From Spizellomyces punctatus DAOM BR117 (lineage: Eukaryota): a stretch of 64,000 nucleotides of DNA. The stretch lies in NCBI GenBank assembly GCA_000182565.2, contig KQ257454.1. One strand, given 5' to 3'. A model generated the notes under the pieces. That model saw only the letters and a program-made list of their open reading frames with translations. It was not told the DNA's origin and made no database searches. Made by a program: the position numbers and the translations under genes. Every line of letters begins with the position of its first letter. Positions within the stretch are counted from its first letter, which is position 1. Positions 38,048 to 56,427 of this stretch are shown here, in pieces.

Positions 38048-38365
38048 ATGGCGAGCCCAACCCAAAGAGTACTTTATGATGGTGGGTACGGTACAAGAGG
38101 AAAAGATGTATCGATCCAATAAAGTTGATGGATATGTTTTCTTTATAGTTTTCTTGCGCAGGAATTCAACCTTTGTTTTGGTCATCTTCTCTGCTGCCAT
38201 GGCGGTTGAGATTGGGACGGACACTCTTACTGATGTGATTTGGGATCACATCAATAGAGGGGTTAGTTGGTGTCTCAATGGAATTTCTCGTCTGTGTTCA
38301 TAGATTTGACATTTCAATGCTAGCGGCAATGGAAAGATATTCGCAAGAGATATGTGACTGAGTAG
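38048..38365 (+). CDS. QCR9: Cytochrome bc1 complex subunit 9, 3 exons
   Basis: LYDVFLRRNSTFVLVIFSAAMAVEIG...IWDHINRG|RQWKDIRKRY. Confidence 0.9.
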
Positions 38366-38882
38366 CATTGAAGCTCGAGGTGTTCTTAAGGTTCTAATCT
38401 GGCGCAATACAATCTCTTCATCCTCAATTGTTGGACACATGTTGACACCCGGTGCTTGCACCAACACATTTGAATTTGGAATTTCACCTCCTGCCACTTC
38501 CTAATGCATATGCGCTGATTCTATCAGGTACTATCTATGTCTACAATTATATAACTAGATGTTTAACATCTTATTTCTGCAAGAGTCTTTAAAGAATGGT
38601 GCTTGTCCTCCAAAGCATATCATGGTCCGCTCCATTGGGTCCACTAAGCAAGACCGCTCCCAGTACGCTGATGCGACATACGCTTGCCAATCTTTTGAGT
38701 CTTGGTGGTCTTCCGATTTAAGAAAGAAGAGCACTCACCATTGGTTATGAATAACAAATAACAAAGGTAGAGGAAGGAATCCCAGTTGCGGATCTAACTC
38801 ATTAGTCACGTGACTTCATTTAGCTTATTTTAGCTAAACGAATAGACTCTCAACCGATAGCGTTCAAGCAATCATCTTCCAC

Positions 38883-40015
38883 ATGTTGGCATCACTCGCC
38901 CAACGACATTTGAATCGTTCGTTCCCGTGTCTCCAACAGACTACCCGAATAATGACGACGAGCACCACAACCAAACCACGCGTCCTTCTCTGTCGCACCC
39001 TCCCTCCACAGTCCCTCCACCGCATCACAACCGAACCATCCATCCAACTGATTCAATCGACGGGCACATCGCGAGAAGAGTTTTTGGAACTTGCACGGGG
39101 GGTGGATGGAATATTGGTAAAGTTGACAGAAAAGGTTGATGATGAGTTATTGGATGCGGCTGGACCTCAGCTAAAAGTGATTTCAACAAGTGAGTTTGGA
39201 AATGGGTGCTTTATGGGATCCCGTATATCTAGGTCTTGATGTTTGCGCTAATTTTCCGCCCCTTCTTTTTGACAGTGTCTGTGGGATATGATCATATTAA
39301 TGTACCAGCATGCAAGGCGCGGGGTGTCAGACTCGGTAACACTCCGGACGTGTTGACGGACGCGACGGCGGAGCTCACGATTGGGCTGCTTTTGGCTACG
39401 GCACGTAGATTTGGGGAAGCTTTGAGGGCACCTAAAACTGGTGATTGGCAGGCTTGGACCCCTACGTGGATGTGCGGAACTCAACTGACTGGGAAAACGG
39501 TTGGGCTGGTTGGATTTGGACGGATAGGTGTCGCTGTGGCAGAACGACTGCAGGCATTCAAACTGGGCAAGCTCCTCTATGCCTCACCTAGTGAAAAACC
39601 TCATGCAGCGGGACGGCTGAACGCAGTGCACCTCCCGCTTCCCCGGCTGCTAGCTGAATCCGACATTGTGATTGTGACTTGTGCGCTGACACCGGAAACC
39701 AAACACCTGTTTTGTACAGCAACGTTTTCCCAGATGAAATCGACGGCAATATTTATCAATACCGCGCGAGGCCAAATTGTCAAGCAAGACGATTTGATTC
39801 ATGCCTTGAAAAATGGCACAATTGCTGCAGCTGGACTAGATGTGACAGATCCAGAACCGTTACCCAGCAACCATGAACTATTACAATTGGATAATGCAGT
39901 TGTGTTACCACATGTAGGTAGTGCTACGATAGAAACGAGAGAGGCTATGGCGCATCTGGCCATTGATAACTTGCTGAGTGGGCTTGCCGGAGCCAAGATG
40001 CCAGCAGAAATTTGA
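38883..40015 (+). CDS. GRHPR: Glyoxylate/hydroxypyruvate reductase (D-2-hydroxyacid dehydrogenase), one intron
   Basis: SVGYDH, NTPDVLTDATAE, GFGRIG, INTARG, GLDVTDPEPLP, LPHVGSAT. Confidence 0.9.
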
Positions 40016-40487
40016 TTAGAAAGACCGATATGGTCCTAGTAAATCCTGGAAACATATCGAATGTAGTAGAATGTAGCAAAAAGATGCTGACATGGCTTCC
40101 GTGTTGAAATGGGATATATCTAATGCTCGTCAATCCTTCCGTTCCGGGACTAGCAGAAAGTAAGTTGCAAAGGGAGACAAAAACAGTCCGGGATGTCACG
40201 TGACAAGGAACCTGCTTACTAACAAGGCTTTCAAAGTTAAGATCGACTGTTTGTCATTTCCGGAACTTGCATTTCAAAAACACATTTGCGCAATTGGGCC
40301 ATCCGGGAATTGTTATAAAAGGAGGACGTTGTCCCGTCCTTTTTCTCCCATCATCAGTTTGTTTGCAAGTAGTTTCTTGTTATTGAGCCTTACACGTAAG
40401 TCTTATCGGTATCAACTTTAACAACTCGTCAACACTTTCAAAAAAACAAGCAACCTTCTTTCAAAAACCTTGTAAGTCCCAAAAAAA

Positions 40488-41444
40488 ATGCGATTCAAGA
40501 CCGCACATCTCAAACCAACATTACTCACGAAACCCCGCCCGACAGCATCTCTCCACACCACCACAATGCCCACCTACAAACCCGTCAAACAAACCGTAGT
40601 CTCAACAGCGCAACCCGAAGGCGCAGGTGCAACCGTTCGAAGAAGTATAGGCACCCACTCACTCCGAAACCTCGATCCATTCCTCATGCTCGATGAGTTT
40701 ACTGTTCTTCAACCTGCTGGATTCCCGGATCACCCCCACAGAGGATTCGAAACTGTTACCTACATGCTGAACGGCGCGATGCAGCATGAGGATTTCGCTG
40801 GACACAAGGGGATTATTCGTCCAGGGGATTTACAGTGGATGACTGCTGGACGGGGGATCATGCATGCTGAAATGCCTGCATCGGATGAACCTGCCCATGG
40901 TCTCCAATTATGGGTGAACCTCCCTAAAAAGGACAAGATGGTTAAACCTCGGTACCAAGAACTCCTCGACAAGAATGTTCCGAGGGCTCAGTCGCCTGAT
41001 GGGGGTGTATCGGTTAAAGTCATTGCGGGCGAGAGTTATGGAGTCAAGGCCGCGGTCTTGACCTACACTCCAATCATTTACCTGGATGTGAAAATGGAAC
41101 CTGGTAAAATCTTTGAACAATCTATTCCGGAAAATTGGACGGCTTTCATGTATACCCTCGATGGAACGGTTGTGGTCGGGAGTAGTGCAACAAAGGTGGA
41201 TCCGCATACCACTGTTGTGTTGGGAGAGGATGGGGACACCTTGAAAGTAGAGTCGGCTGACAAGGCCCATTTTGTCGTCATTGCGGGACAAAAGATCAAC
41301 GAGCCGATCGCACAACATGGGCCGTTTGTCTTGAATGATCGCAGTGAGATTATGCAGGCGTTTATGGATTACGAGATGGGTCGAAATGGGTTTGAGGGCG
41401 CTGCAGAGTGGGCCAGCAAGATTGGAGGTCGTGGTGGAAGATAA
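40488..41444 (+). CDS. Pirin (bicupin, quercetin dioxygenase-like), intronless
   Basis: DPFLMLDEF, GFPDHPHRGFETVTY, WMTAGRGIMHAE, GLQLWVNLP, GPFV. Confidence 0.95.
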   Translation: MRFKTAHLKPTLLTKPRPTASLHTTTMPTYKPVKQTVVSTAQPEGAGATVRRSIGTHSLRNLDPFLMLDEFTVLQPAGFPDHPHRGFETVTYMLNGAMQHEDFAGHKGIIRPGDLQWMTAGRGIMHAEMPASDEPAHGLQLWVNLPKKDKMVKPRYQELLDKNVPRAQSPDGGVSVKVIAGESYGVKAAVLTYTPIIYLDVKMEPGKIFEQSIPENWTAFMYTLDGTVVVGSSATKVDPHTTVVLGEDGDTLKVESADKAHFVVIAGQKINEPIAQHGPFVLNDRSEIMQAFMDYEMGRNGFEGAAEWASKIGGRGGR

Positions 41445-41731
41445 TCAATTGTAGAGCATCTTTTTAAAACTAGTTTTTATCATGTGTGTGTATGATGATT
41501 TGTAGGATACAACTATTTTGTTTTTTTTGATTTGCAAGTTTAAAATATAAAAAGAAAAATGCCAAAGGCAACTTGAATTCTCGTGAAAACGCTTACTTTT
41601 CAATAAACATCAGTTTATATTCAAATCTGGTCCCACTCACAAAAAAAAAAAAAGACAACTATGGTACAACCAAAATAAAGTTACTATTCCATTCCAAAAG
41701 TCATCCCCCCACTCACACCATTCAAACACCT

Positions 41732-44261
<2,530 letters not shown>

Positions 44262-44747
44262 GATGATCTACTCTTGTATTAAATGCGAGAGATAAAGATA
44301 GTATGCGTATATGTGTGCTCTGGGAAAATGTGCCAGGCAAATCAAGACAATCAACAAGGACCAGATGAAGGGAAATTGCAGCAAGCAAGACCTTTTAAAC
44401 CCCCCCCCCCCCTCCCCAAACCTGCTGCGGTAAGCGCCGTTTCCGCCCCAAGACTTGTGGGGTTAGTCACGTGTTTGAGCTTTCCATTTTAGGTTATATT
44501 TGATCTTAGATTCAGATCTTGTTAGATATCGTTTTGTTCAGCTTTTTTACTGATATATGTCATGTTGCTTGTCGCTTGCCATGGCTGTTTGACAGCGCTC
44601 GACATGGCAAGCACTGCAAATGGTTGGGATGTTTTTGCAATGGAGTAGATCATTGGAGTCAACTCCAAAAGCCCATTGCAGTTGCTGCGCAGTTTGAAAT
44701 GTCAAGTCACGCGCTTCCACGTGAGCGCATGAATCCGGATCCAATGA

Positions 44748-46088
<1,341 letters not shown>

Positions 46089-46329
46089 AATGTTTTAATG
46101 TACAGAATGGGGGTATTGTTTTTTCTCTATTTTACCTGCATATAAAGTATTTATCATTGTTGGATTACGGATACATACTTTTTTTTTTGTGTATTGGAGA
46201 CTCGGGTGGTTTTGAGTATCTGTTATGTAGTGCATTGGCAAAAACAAGGGCACCCATTTGACCACCATACAGTATATTACAATGTGAAAGGGGAATAATT
46301 TACAAATATACACACAAGACAAAACCCGA

Positions 46330-46608
46330 TTACAGCCCACCCAACAGCTCGACAGCTTTCTCAAACTCTTTCTCGACCCTTTCGAATTCCTTCTGCTTTG
46401 CTTCCCCCCGTTTCTTTGCCTCCACCATCGCCTGTCGTCGCTTCTCTTTCACACTTGTTTGGGTCGATAATGCTGCTAGGACATCATTCAGTTGTGAGTC
46501 GAGTGCATCACGCAGGTCAGCGTCCTTGTCTTTCTGTTGGTAGGGGTGTCGGCGTGCGGATGTAGGGGTCTGTTTGGTGCGCTTTTTGGATTGCTTTGTG
46601 GAGGGCAT
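46330..46608 (-). CDS. Small basic/coiled-coil hypothetical protein
   Basis: 92-aa ORF MPSTKQSKKR...RRHPY...VELLGGL with NLS-like composition; an intron-like segment lies upstream. Confidence 0.45.
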   Translation of the reverse strand: MPSTKQSKKRTKQTPTSARRHPYQQKDKDADLRDALDSQLNDVLAALSTQTSVKEKRRQAMVEAKKRGEAKQKEFERVEKEFEKAVELLGGL

Positions 46609-46964
46609 TTGTTGTCTACATGAAAGCAATCACCAAAAGGTTAAAGATGTAAACAAAAAAAAAAAAAAATTACCAAATTTCTGTGGCGTTTGGCCGCGTT
46701 CAAACGGCCTCAAGTTGGGCTATTTCTAGCAACTGTTCAACGGTCAAAACTCAACGGCATCTACGGTTTATCTTTTCTATTGGAACGGCTTTTGGAGTTG
46801 GACTGTGTGTGTAGTGTTATAGAAAGGTGTGTGTGTTGTTTTGTTCTTTTTTTGTTTGTTTGAAGATTGACTTGACGACTTGCGTGCTTTGTTCTCCTCG
46901 CATGCAGCGTCCTTTGACGTTTTTCTCTTTCACAAACCATTTGAATTCGTTTTTGGGTCAAAAA

Positions 46965-48079
46965 ATGAGATTCGTCGGGCTTGCAAAGGCATTGCTGCAA
47001 GTTGTTGCCTTGACAGCCGTTCTCTTGACATGGTCATCGATAGGTGCCGTCGCCCGCTCTCCTCATTTAAACAATGAAACGCAAAACATGACATTCTTTT
47101 TTGATTACGATAGGCCGAGTGACCAAGGCCCTCTGGCTCGAGACGGACACCCTACACGTCTGGTTCGGACCCCCGAAAACACCCACAGAGATCCACGTCG
47201 GGGAGGTTTACAATGCGACGATCGAGTGGGAATCCGTGTTACGGACTCGCAAGACGTACTTGAATGTATCTATGGAGGTTGGGTTGCGGTGTGCGGGTGG
47301 AAAGGATGGGGGTGTGACACATCGGATTGATAATTGGATTGTACAGCAAAAGGATGGTATGTCGATGGTTTCGATACGAGGGTGCTTTTTGAAGTTGGAA
47401 TTTTTTTGACATTTTCTTTACAAGGTTCCGTTTACGTTGATTACCCCATGACACCACAAGACCTCCGCTCAGATCTCACTGAAGCGCTTTGTTACCTCAA
47501 CATTGACTACGTGTACATGGCCAACAACCTCGTAGACCCTGCCACGCGACCCCTGACAAAAGACAAGGCCATGTCAGCTGTATTTAAACTCACACGACGA
47601 AAACGGGTGCGTCCTCTTCCGTTTGCGAATGCCACAGTGCTCTCAAATGCCGATCGGACACTATCCCTCCAACTCCGCGTGGATGAATCATCTAGGCCGC
47701 GACAATTACGGTTGAAGCAGCCGCTGGTTAAAACGTATCCGTATACGGCTGTGTCGATTTGGCCGGAAGATGATCCCGAGTGGACGTTTGATGAAACGGT
47801 GTCGATGTGGGCGTTGGTGAGGTGGATTGTTTTTGTGGGTGGGTGTTGGGCTGCGTCCAAGAATGAGCGGGTTGTGAAGGGGGCGGCATGGGTATGGGAT
47901 ATAGTGTCGAGTTGTTGGAAGGCGGATATTGAGGTATGTTTCTGAATACTGTAATGTGACATGACATGCGTATTGAGTGTTTTTTCTTTCTTTAGGACCC
48001 GCTTGCACCTCGTAAAGTGGTACGCTCTCGAAGACGAAGTTTTCTACTTCGTGATCATTTGCCCGTGCATGTCACTTAA
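46965..48079 (+). CDS. Hypothetical secreted/single-pass membrane protein, spliced
   Basis: Signal peptide MRFVGLAKALLQVVALTAVLLTW; exons joined by canonical introns; hydrophobic MWALVRWIVFVGGCW near the C-terminus. Confidence 0.55.
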
Positions 48080-48625
48080 TGCTCAAAATGCACCTCATGT
48101 GGATATGTGGGGTTTTTCTCACTTTTGTTTACGGTATCAGTAGAAGGGGGGGATAGTAGCCAAGTGTATTTAATAATGGATATAGAATCAACATGCAATC
48201 GCTGCAGGCAGTTGAGAAATCTTGCATTTTGGCGCTTTGCTGGGTGTTTACGACTCCAATCCCTTCAATTCCAGCATCACCAAGGACATGGTACAGTCCA
48301 TGATACCCTTACGTAAGCAACTCCGCTACGAAGGTTCCTAATGGTTGATGGAGATAGGCCAAAAGTCGCAACGTAATGTGTGTATTAGCTGTGTATGATA
48401 CTTTGTTGACAAGAAAATAAAGAGTTGATCTAACCACGATCACCCAAAAAAAAATAAGGGTAAAATCACATTTTGGGGGATCACCTATTGTTGTCCCAAC
48501 CATCGGAAAATAATTTCTTGTCGGTGTGTGGATGGTGGGTGTGTTTTTGAGTTGGCTTTCATTTTTTGTTTTTTCTACTCTTTTGGGTTTTCCTTGGATT
48601 TCCAAGGTTCTTTTTGACGGTCATC

Positions 48626-50883
48626 ATGAACCGAACCATGACACTCCACCGCGCGACATCACTAACGAGTACCGACCAAGAACTCAACGAAGGAATGGGT
48701 AATCAAAACCTTCTAACGACCAATTGATATTTGTTTTGTTGACTTTCTGTTCTAGCGGAACTGGAATTGCAGAAATTGGCTAGACAGTATCGGATCATGG
48801 AGGGGGATCGAAAGGCTTATTCTGAGGAATCTAGGTTGTTGATTACTAAACAGCGGTGAGTTTTGTGCAAGTGACTGGGAGGAAGGAGAGGACGGAGGGC
48901 TGATGGAGGTCTTTAGGGCGACGATTGAGAAACTTAAGCGGGAGAACCAATACTTGGTGGATGAACTTGCGCTTCTGGAACAACGAACGGATGAAAAGAA
49001 TTTAGTTGGACGTGAGAAAAAGGTGGAAGCATTGGCGGAACAAGCTGGTAAGTTTAATGTGCAGGTCTTTTTTTGGCTAATAAAAATGGTATGGTTGTAC
49101 TGAGGATGACATGTTTAAAGATGCATATAATCGTAAAATCCGAGCATTATTAAACACCATTTCCAACCTCGATGCAACGACCACTGCCCTCTCCCGCGAA
49201 ATTGACACACAACGCTCACACCTCGGAGGTGTCAACGCCGCATACGAAAACAGCGAATCCATCACAAAGCAAATCAAAGTACTCGAAAACCGATTGGATA
49301 AAGCTCTCGTGAAATTTAATAAATCGCTTGCGGTGAATAAAACGATGCGGGGGGTGATTGATAATTTGAGGAGGGAACGAATGGTTTTTGATGGGATTTA
49401 TCGGAAATTTGAGAAAGAGGTTGGTGAGCAGAAAAAGTTGATGGCGGAAGTGATTGAGGCGAGTAATTCCGCATATGAAGCTCGGTAAGAAACAAACCAT
49501 TTTCTTTCATTGTATGCAGAGTTTGTTCATGTATGTCTCGTTTAAAAGAGATGAAGCACAAGCTCGTATGATTGCCTTGAAAGAGAAGTCAGAAAAAGAA
49601 CATCAAGCGTACATTCAGGAAATTAAGGAACTGGACAGAAGTTTGGAGCAGGATAAGAGGTTAAAGGATTTCATGGCGACCAAGGTTGCTGATCGACATG
49701 TACCCGAGGACGGAGATTTGAAAAAAGAGGGCAAGAAAAAAGGTTTTTTTTTTATAAAACACACACACACACACAAACGTATTCTTGAAATACTAATACC
49801 ATGCTTTTTGTTTTCTGTAGACAAGACGATCCTTAAACCCCGCTTCGGCTCTCAAGATACCCTAACCGACTCTCTAGAATCCTACGAAAAAGCCTTTTCC
49901 CAAATCCAATCCAAAACCGGCGTATCCAGCATAAAAGACCTCGTCAAACGCATGAAAACCGTTGAGGACGAAAACTTTTCCTTGTTTAATTATGTCAATG
50001 AAGTGAATAATGATATGGAGCAGTTGGCGGAGGAGATTATTGAGATTCAGAAACGGATGGATGCGCTTAGAGTGGGGAATGTGGTTGAGGAGGAGCGGAT
50101 GGAAGGGGTTTTAAAAGGACTCGAGGTAAGAAAAAGAACCATCCCAAAGCAAGCATAACTTTTGGTATGTGTGTTTACTCGCATTTTAATGGCCCTTTAT
50201 TTTAGACTCTCCTAGCCACAACAACCAAACAGCACACCCAATACGAAACTCACTACACTGAAATGCTCGCCACCCTATCCGACCTCACACACGCCCTCCA
50301 ACCCCTCTCCAACCTCTGCCCCATCACAGACGACATTATCACAACACTAGGTCACATTGAACAAAAGACAAACGAACTCCTCACGCTCTATTATGCCGTT
50401 TTTCCCAAAAAGACTGGATCGGCTGCTCCGTCTTTGGAGGAAGGGGGGTCTGTGCCTGGGAGTGCGACGGAGAGGTCGACTGTTGTGGTTGTTGGTGGGT
50501 TGTTGGGGCATGGACCGAATGCTCCTGTTGGGAATATTACGATTGTGCCGCCTTCGACTGGGTGAGTTATCCCTTTCATTTGTTCTTTTGGGATGCCGGG
50601 TGCATTTGGGTTGTTGATGGTTTTGAGTCTGTAGGGATGACCATGACGATGACTTGATTTCGGAAGAAGATGATCGACCCCTTACGCGAGAGGAACTCGA
50701 AAAGAGGACATTGCGTGGTGTATGTCTCTTGTCATATCTTTGATGAAGCGATACATGTTTAATGACGGTTTCCTCTAGCTCTCCAAACGTGATAAACATC
50801 ATGGAACGACCAAGACGGCTGGGTCAAAGCATAAGCGGAAGGGAGGTGCTGCTAAAAAGAGTGCATCTGTCGTCGTAGAGTAA
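48626..50883 (+). CDS. Outer dynein arm docking complex subunit DC2 (ODAD1/CCDC114/CCDC63 family), multi-exon
   Basis: LQKLARQYRIMEGDRKAYSEE, IKVLENRLDKALVKFN, ASNSAYEAR|DEAQ, EDENFSLFNYVNE, DRPLTREEL. Confidence 0.9.
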
Positions 50884-51139
50884 GAGTTGGTTGTTTGTTT
50901 TTTTTTTCAAGAAAGGCTGGATTACCTGCACCTTTTTTATTATTCTTTTTTTTGTATAAATACAAGTATGCTGTTGTGTGTGGTTTTTTGGTTGTCCAGA
51001 TTGTGATATCTTTTTTCATACTCTCATCATTTGTATTGGTTCCTCGTCAAGTGTTCCAAAAAATAAAAGATACCGCTGTGTTAAAACACGGCCATGAACA
51101 CGCGCTTGTGCTCTTCCCAACTCTCCATCACACATCATC

Positions 51140-51703
51140 ATGCCCCCCATCCACATCTCCTCTCGCGGTGAATTCACCAAACACATTTCCGCCTCCACAT
51201 TGGCAAGTTTACATCTACTCTGCCTTGCAACCCACCTATTTTCTAACTCCCCCCAAAAAATAGACTGTCGTTGATTTCTACGCAACATGGTGTGGACCTT
51301 GTAAAGCCGTCGCACCCCGCTACGAAAGCCTCGCAACAAAATACCCATCCGTCACATTCCTCAAAGTCGATGTCGACGAGCAGCAAGTAGGTTTACACTC
51401 CACTCCTTTTCCATCATGCTTTTGTTAATGGTGCAATCGTAGGATATTGCACGGGAATGCTCAGTGTCAGCTATGCCGACCTTTCATTTATACCGATCCG
51501 GTAAACGGTTGGCGGAGGTAGTGGGTGCCGATATCAATCGGGTTGAACATCTCGTACATGAACACTCGAGTGGGAGTTCTGAAGGGGTGTTTCCGGGAAA
51601 AGGAAGGAAATTGACGGGGGAAGTTGTGCAGGAGGAACCGTCGCGGAGGTGGGTTTGGGTGATTGTTGTGTTGGTTTTGGGGTGGGTTTTGTGGAGCAGG
51701 TAG
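51140..51703 (+). CDS. Thioredoxin with C-terminal SHP box and tail anchor, 3 exons
   Basis: [26 protein letters not shown], then FPGKGRKL and [17 protein letters not shown]; first intron is GC-AG. Confidence 0.87.
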
Positions 51704-52175
51704 TTTGTTTTTATGGGTATTTTTTGGATTGGGATTGGTGATTGCCAATGCATGTGTTGTTGTCGTGAATTTCTAGGGATGTTATCTGCCCTTTCTCTCT
51801 CTGTGTGTGTGCGTTTGCACGACGACCAGAAGCAATGAGATCAATAATGTGGGCCATCAACAAGAAAGAAATGGGCAAAAACAGCATTCATATGTAGTTG
51901 CTTGTCGGCATGCAATACGAGTACGCTGTTTGACAAAATAATCGGACCAGTCCACTTTATATTTTCAAAAAACGTTTAAAAACATTTCTATTCATTCATT
52001 CATAAAGAGATACAAACAAAAAACGTCCTTCACGTATCCCATTCCGCGCTTACAACTGTTAAATGACACCTTGCTGGTCTCAGATACATTTCGAAAGTTC
52101 CCATCGCATTGAAGGGTCGCATCTCCCCAGCGCACACATACATTACGTCCTCAAAATTTGTGTTTGTTGAATTTT

Positions 52176-53738
<1,563 letters not shown>

Positions 53739-54081
53739 TCATTGGAAATTCATGCGAAATGCATAGGATGAGTGTGCGAGAATACGGTTGATTATGTTCG
53801 ATAATAAGTATCTATATGTGGCCAGATGCATCCCTACCCCTGGGGCTATCCGCGCGACTAAGCATAAAACCCTATCGTGGTCGGTTCTGTAAGGTTGCCT
53901 ATCATTGATGACTTCTTGTGGATGTCACATAATATTCTCGCAGAACAAGAATTGGTAACAATCCATCCGAGTGACAACTCCGTATGCATTCAACTAGACT
54001 TTTTACGTGGATGTAAAATATCTTGCAAATGGGGTCATCCATTAACCGCAATCAATAGCTTTGATAGGGTTAAGTAGTTAA

Positions 54082-55111
54082 TTACATAAACGTATTCTCA
54101 TCCCAATCAGAATCTTCATGAGCAGTTTCACCCTCATCACATTCTTCATCATTGTCATTCACTGTCGCAACATCCGCAAGAGCGACAATGCGGGCTTGGC
54201 GCATGAGATGCCCGATCCAGGTAAAAACTTGCTGTCTGGCTTCAACATCTTCGGGATGGCTCGTAAGATCCATAACCATGATCCGAGAAGCTTGCACATG
54301 TCCGTCTTCCCCAATATTGAAAAATTGCCAAATAAATCCATCCGATAGCATGATGTAAACAACCGCCGTCTTTCCTACTGCTTTTCGCTTCTTTTGGAGT
54401 GTTGCACCTTGTGCAATGGCTTGGTTGATATACGACGAGTACCATCCCATTTTGGATTGCACAGGTATCAAATAGATATCCTGTGCGGGTGGATTGTCCC
54501 AGCATGGTGCGCATCTGATAGCATAATCCACTTTGCCAACAAACTCTGCATGTTTACTTTGCCATCCAATTGATATGTTACCCCAACAACGCATGGGCAC
54601 GTTGTTTTGGAACTCGTCATTGTTCATCACGTCCATCAATACCACATCAATGAGTGTTCGTCGCACGGAGTCGCAGTCAAACACAAAGCAGTTTGCCATG
54701 CTTGCAACAATAGCATCTATGTCATGTCCAAGCATTGAAAAATAGTTAAAAAGATTTGATCAACAGCCGACAAATGCGCACATTTGGGCTAGACATACCA
54801 AAAGCCGGCCGTGGTGTAATCTTCCTGACATCCTCAGGCATTTTCCATTTACTACTTAATGGGTTCCAAACGTTAGTAAGGGTTAGTCCAAAGTCCCTTG
54901 TCAGATGATTGCCTTTAACATCACTAAATTGGATAGACTGTGAAAAGAACAGACAATCGTTGGTCAAATTCTGGATTTTCATGCTTTATTCTTTTACTAA
55001 TAACAGAAAGAATAACTTACAGCGACAGGCGGATTTAAAAATGCTTGTAAACTCGGAACCAAGACTGAATCTGGTATTCGCTTTGGAATAACCAATTCCT
55101 TTTTCAACCAT
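54082..55111 (-). CDS. Restriction-endonuclease-like (PD-(D/E)xK fold) protein of the Crinkler C-terminal type, spliced; 5' exons uncertain
   Basis: GKVDYAI...YLIPVQSK...INQAIAQ...VYIMLSDGFIWQF follows the fungal REase pattern G..DY...EAK...Q...YG..TDG..W.F. Confidence 0.6.
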
Positions 55112-55722
55112 GTAACAATACGCTGTTCGCGTGATCTCTTGGGCATCTGGTACTAATAGGAGGAATAACTAGATCGTATAAAGTCAAGGGGAAGGGACAA
55201 AGGTTCTCCAATTTATAACGTTGGTATTTGACCAGTGCCTTATGTGATTGCTTTTAGAACAAGCAGCCACGTTTGAGGGCTTTCTTTTTTCCTTTACGTC
55301 CTTTTCCATGCCAATTGACACGACGTTTTGAATGCCCAAAAATAAAACTGACTCTGGACCTCCGGACGTAATTGTCTAAATCTGAAGACGTAGTTATTAT
55401 TTATAATGATGGACAGAAAACCATCCAAGCACATGATACTTGTCACCGTTTGCAAGTCTCGAGCTTGGAACAAACGCATCACAGAGATGGGATATGAGTA
55501 GGATCTTCATTCACATTTCTTGCTTGAAGGCCTCTTCATGGCAGCAGAGTTGGCGAGAGCTGGGCTTTCGAATGTTTAAGTAACAAGGCCAAGCCACTTG
55601 TCATATGGCTATTTATGGGAGACATTGCTGTTTTAGGTTATATATATTCATATATCCTAATTAGTCGTAATGCAAACCCTCAAGTGCTCGATATGTGTGA
55701 TGCTTTCATGCAACTCGAGTCT

Positions 55723-56427
55723 TCAAGTTGTTGCAGAGACTGTCGTGACTATGGATTGCAGTTGGCTCAGAATCGTTTGTTGGTCAGGCAGATATCCCAA
55801 TGCAGCCGCAGCTAAGACAAAGAAACAAACCATGACGGCACATCAGTACATTACTTCTACCCATAAACGCAAAACTTTTAGCACTGCTCAACACTTACCC
55901 GCAACACCCGCAATCCCCACAACAACCACACTCGACCACCCCCCAAACCACGGCCGTTCCGGTACCACATTCTCGTTTCCAACAAACTCAACGGGCACAG
56001 CTTCTCCCCTCTTGTAGGCATCCAAAACAGCCAACCGATCCTGCACAGCCTGAATTGCATTTTTACGGGCATCCCTCACAGCACTAACCCCCTGTGTATC
56101 CACAGCATCCAACCGCTCCAACAACCCGACCAAAGCCTCCTCGTACCCCACCAACGCCTTATTCTTGTCAGGTATTAAAGCCCCAGTTGCGTCCCGTACG
56201 AGTGGTGTACGTAGTACGGTTGGTTCACGTGTCTCTCGTAGCGTTCGGAGGTCGGAGAGGACGGAACGGAGGGTTTTGAGCGCAACGGGAGCGGGAATGT
56301 TGGGTCGCTTACGACGACGGATGGGCGTGCTTTGTTGGTCGGGTGTTTCGGGGGCGTCATTGGAGGCGGTGGGCTGCGGTCCTTTACCGGATTTTGAGCC
56401 TGGCTTTGAGCGTGTCTTTGGAGGCAT
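55723..56427 (-). CDS. BAG-domain protein (Hsp70 co-chaperone) with C-terminal TM, 2 exons
   Basis: YEEALVGLLERLDAVDTQGVSAVRDARKNAIQAVQDRLAVLD; tail WSSVVVVGIAGVA|AAAALGYL. Confidence 0.8.
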
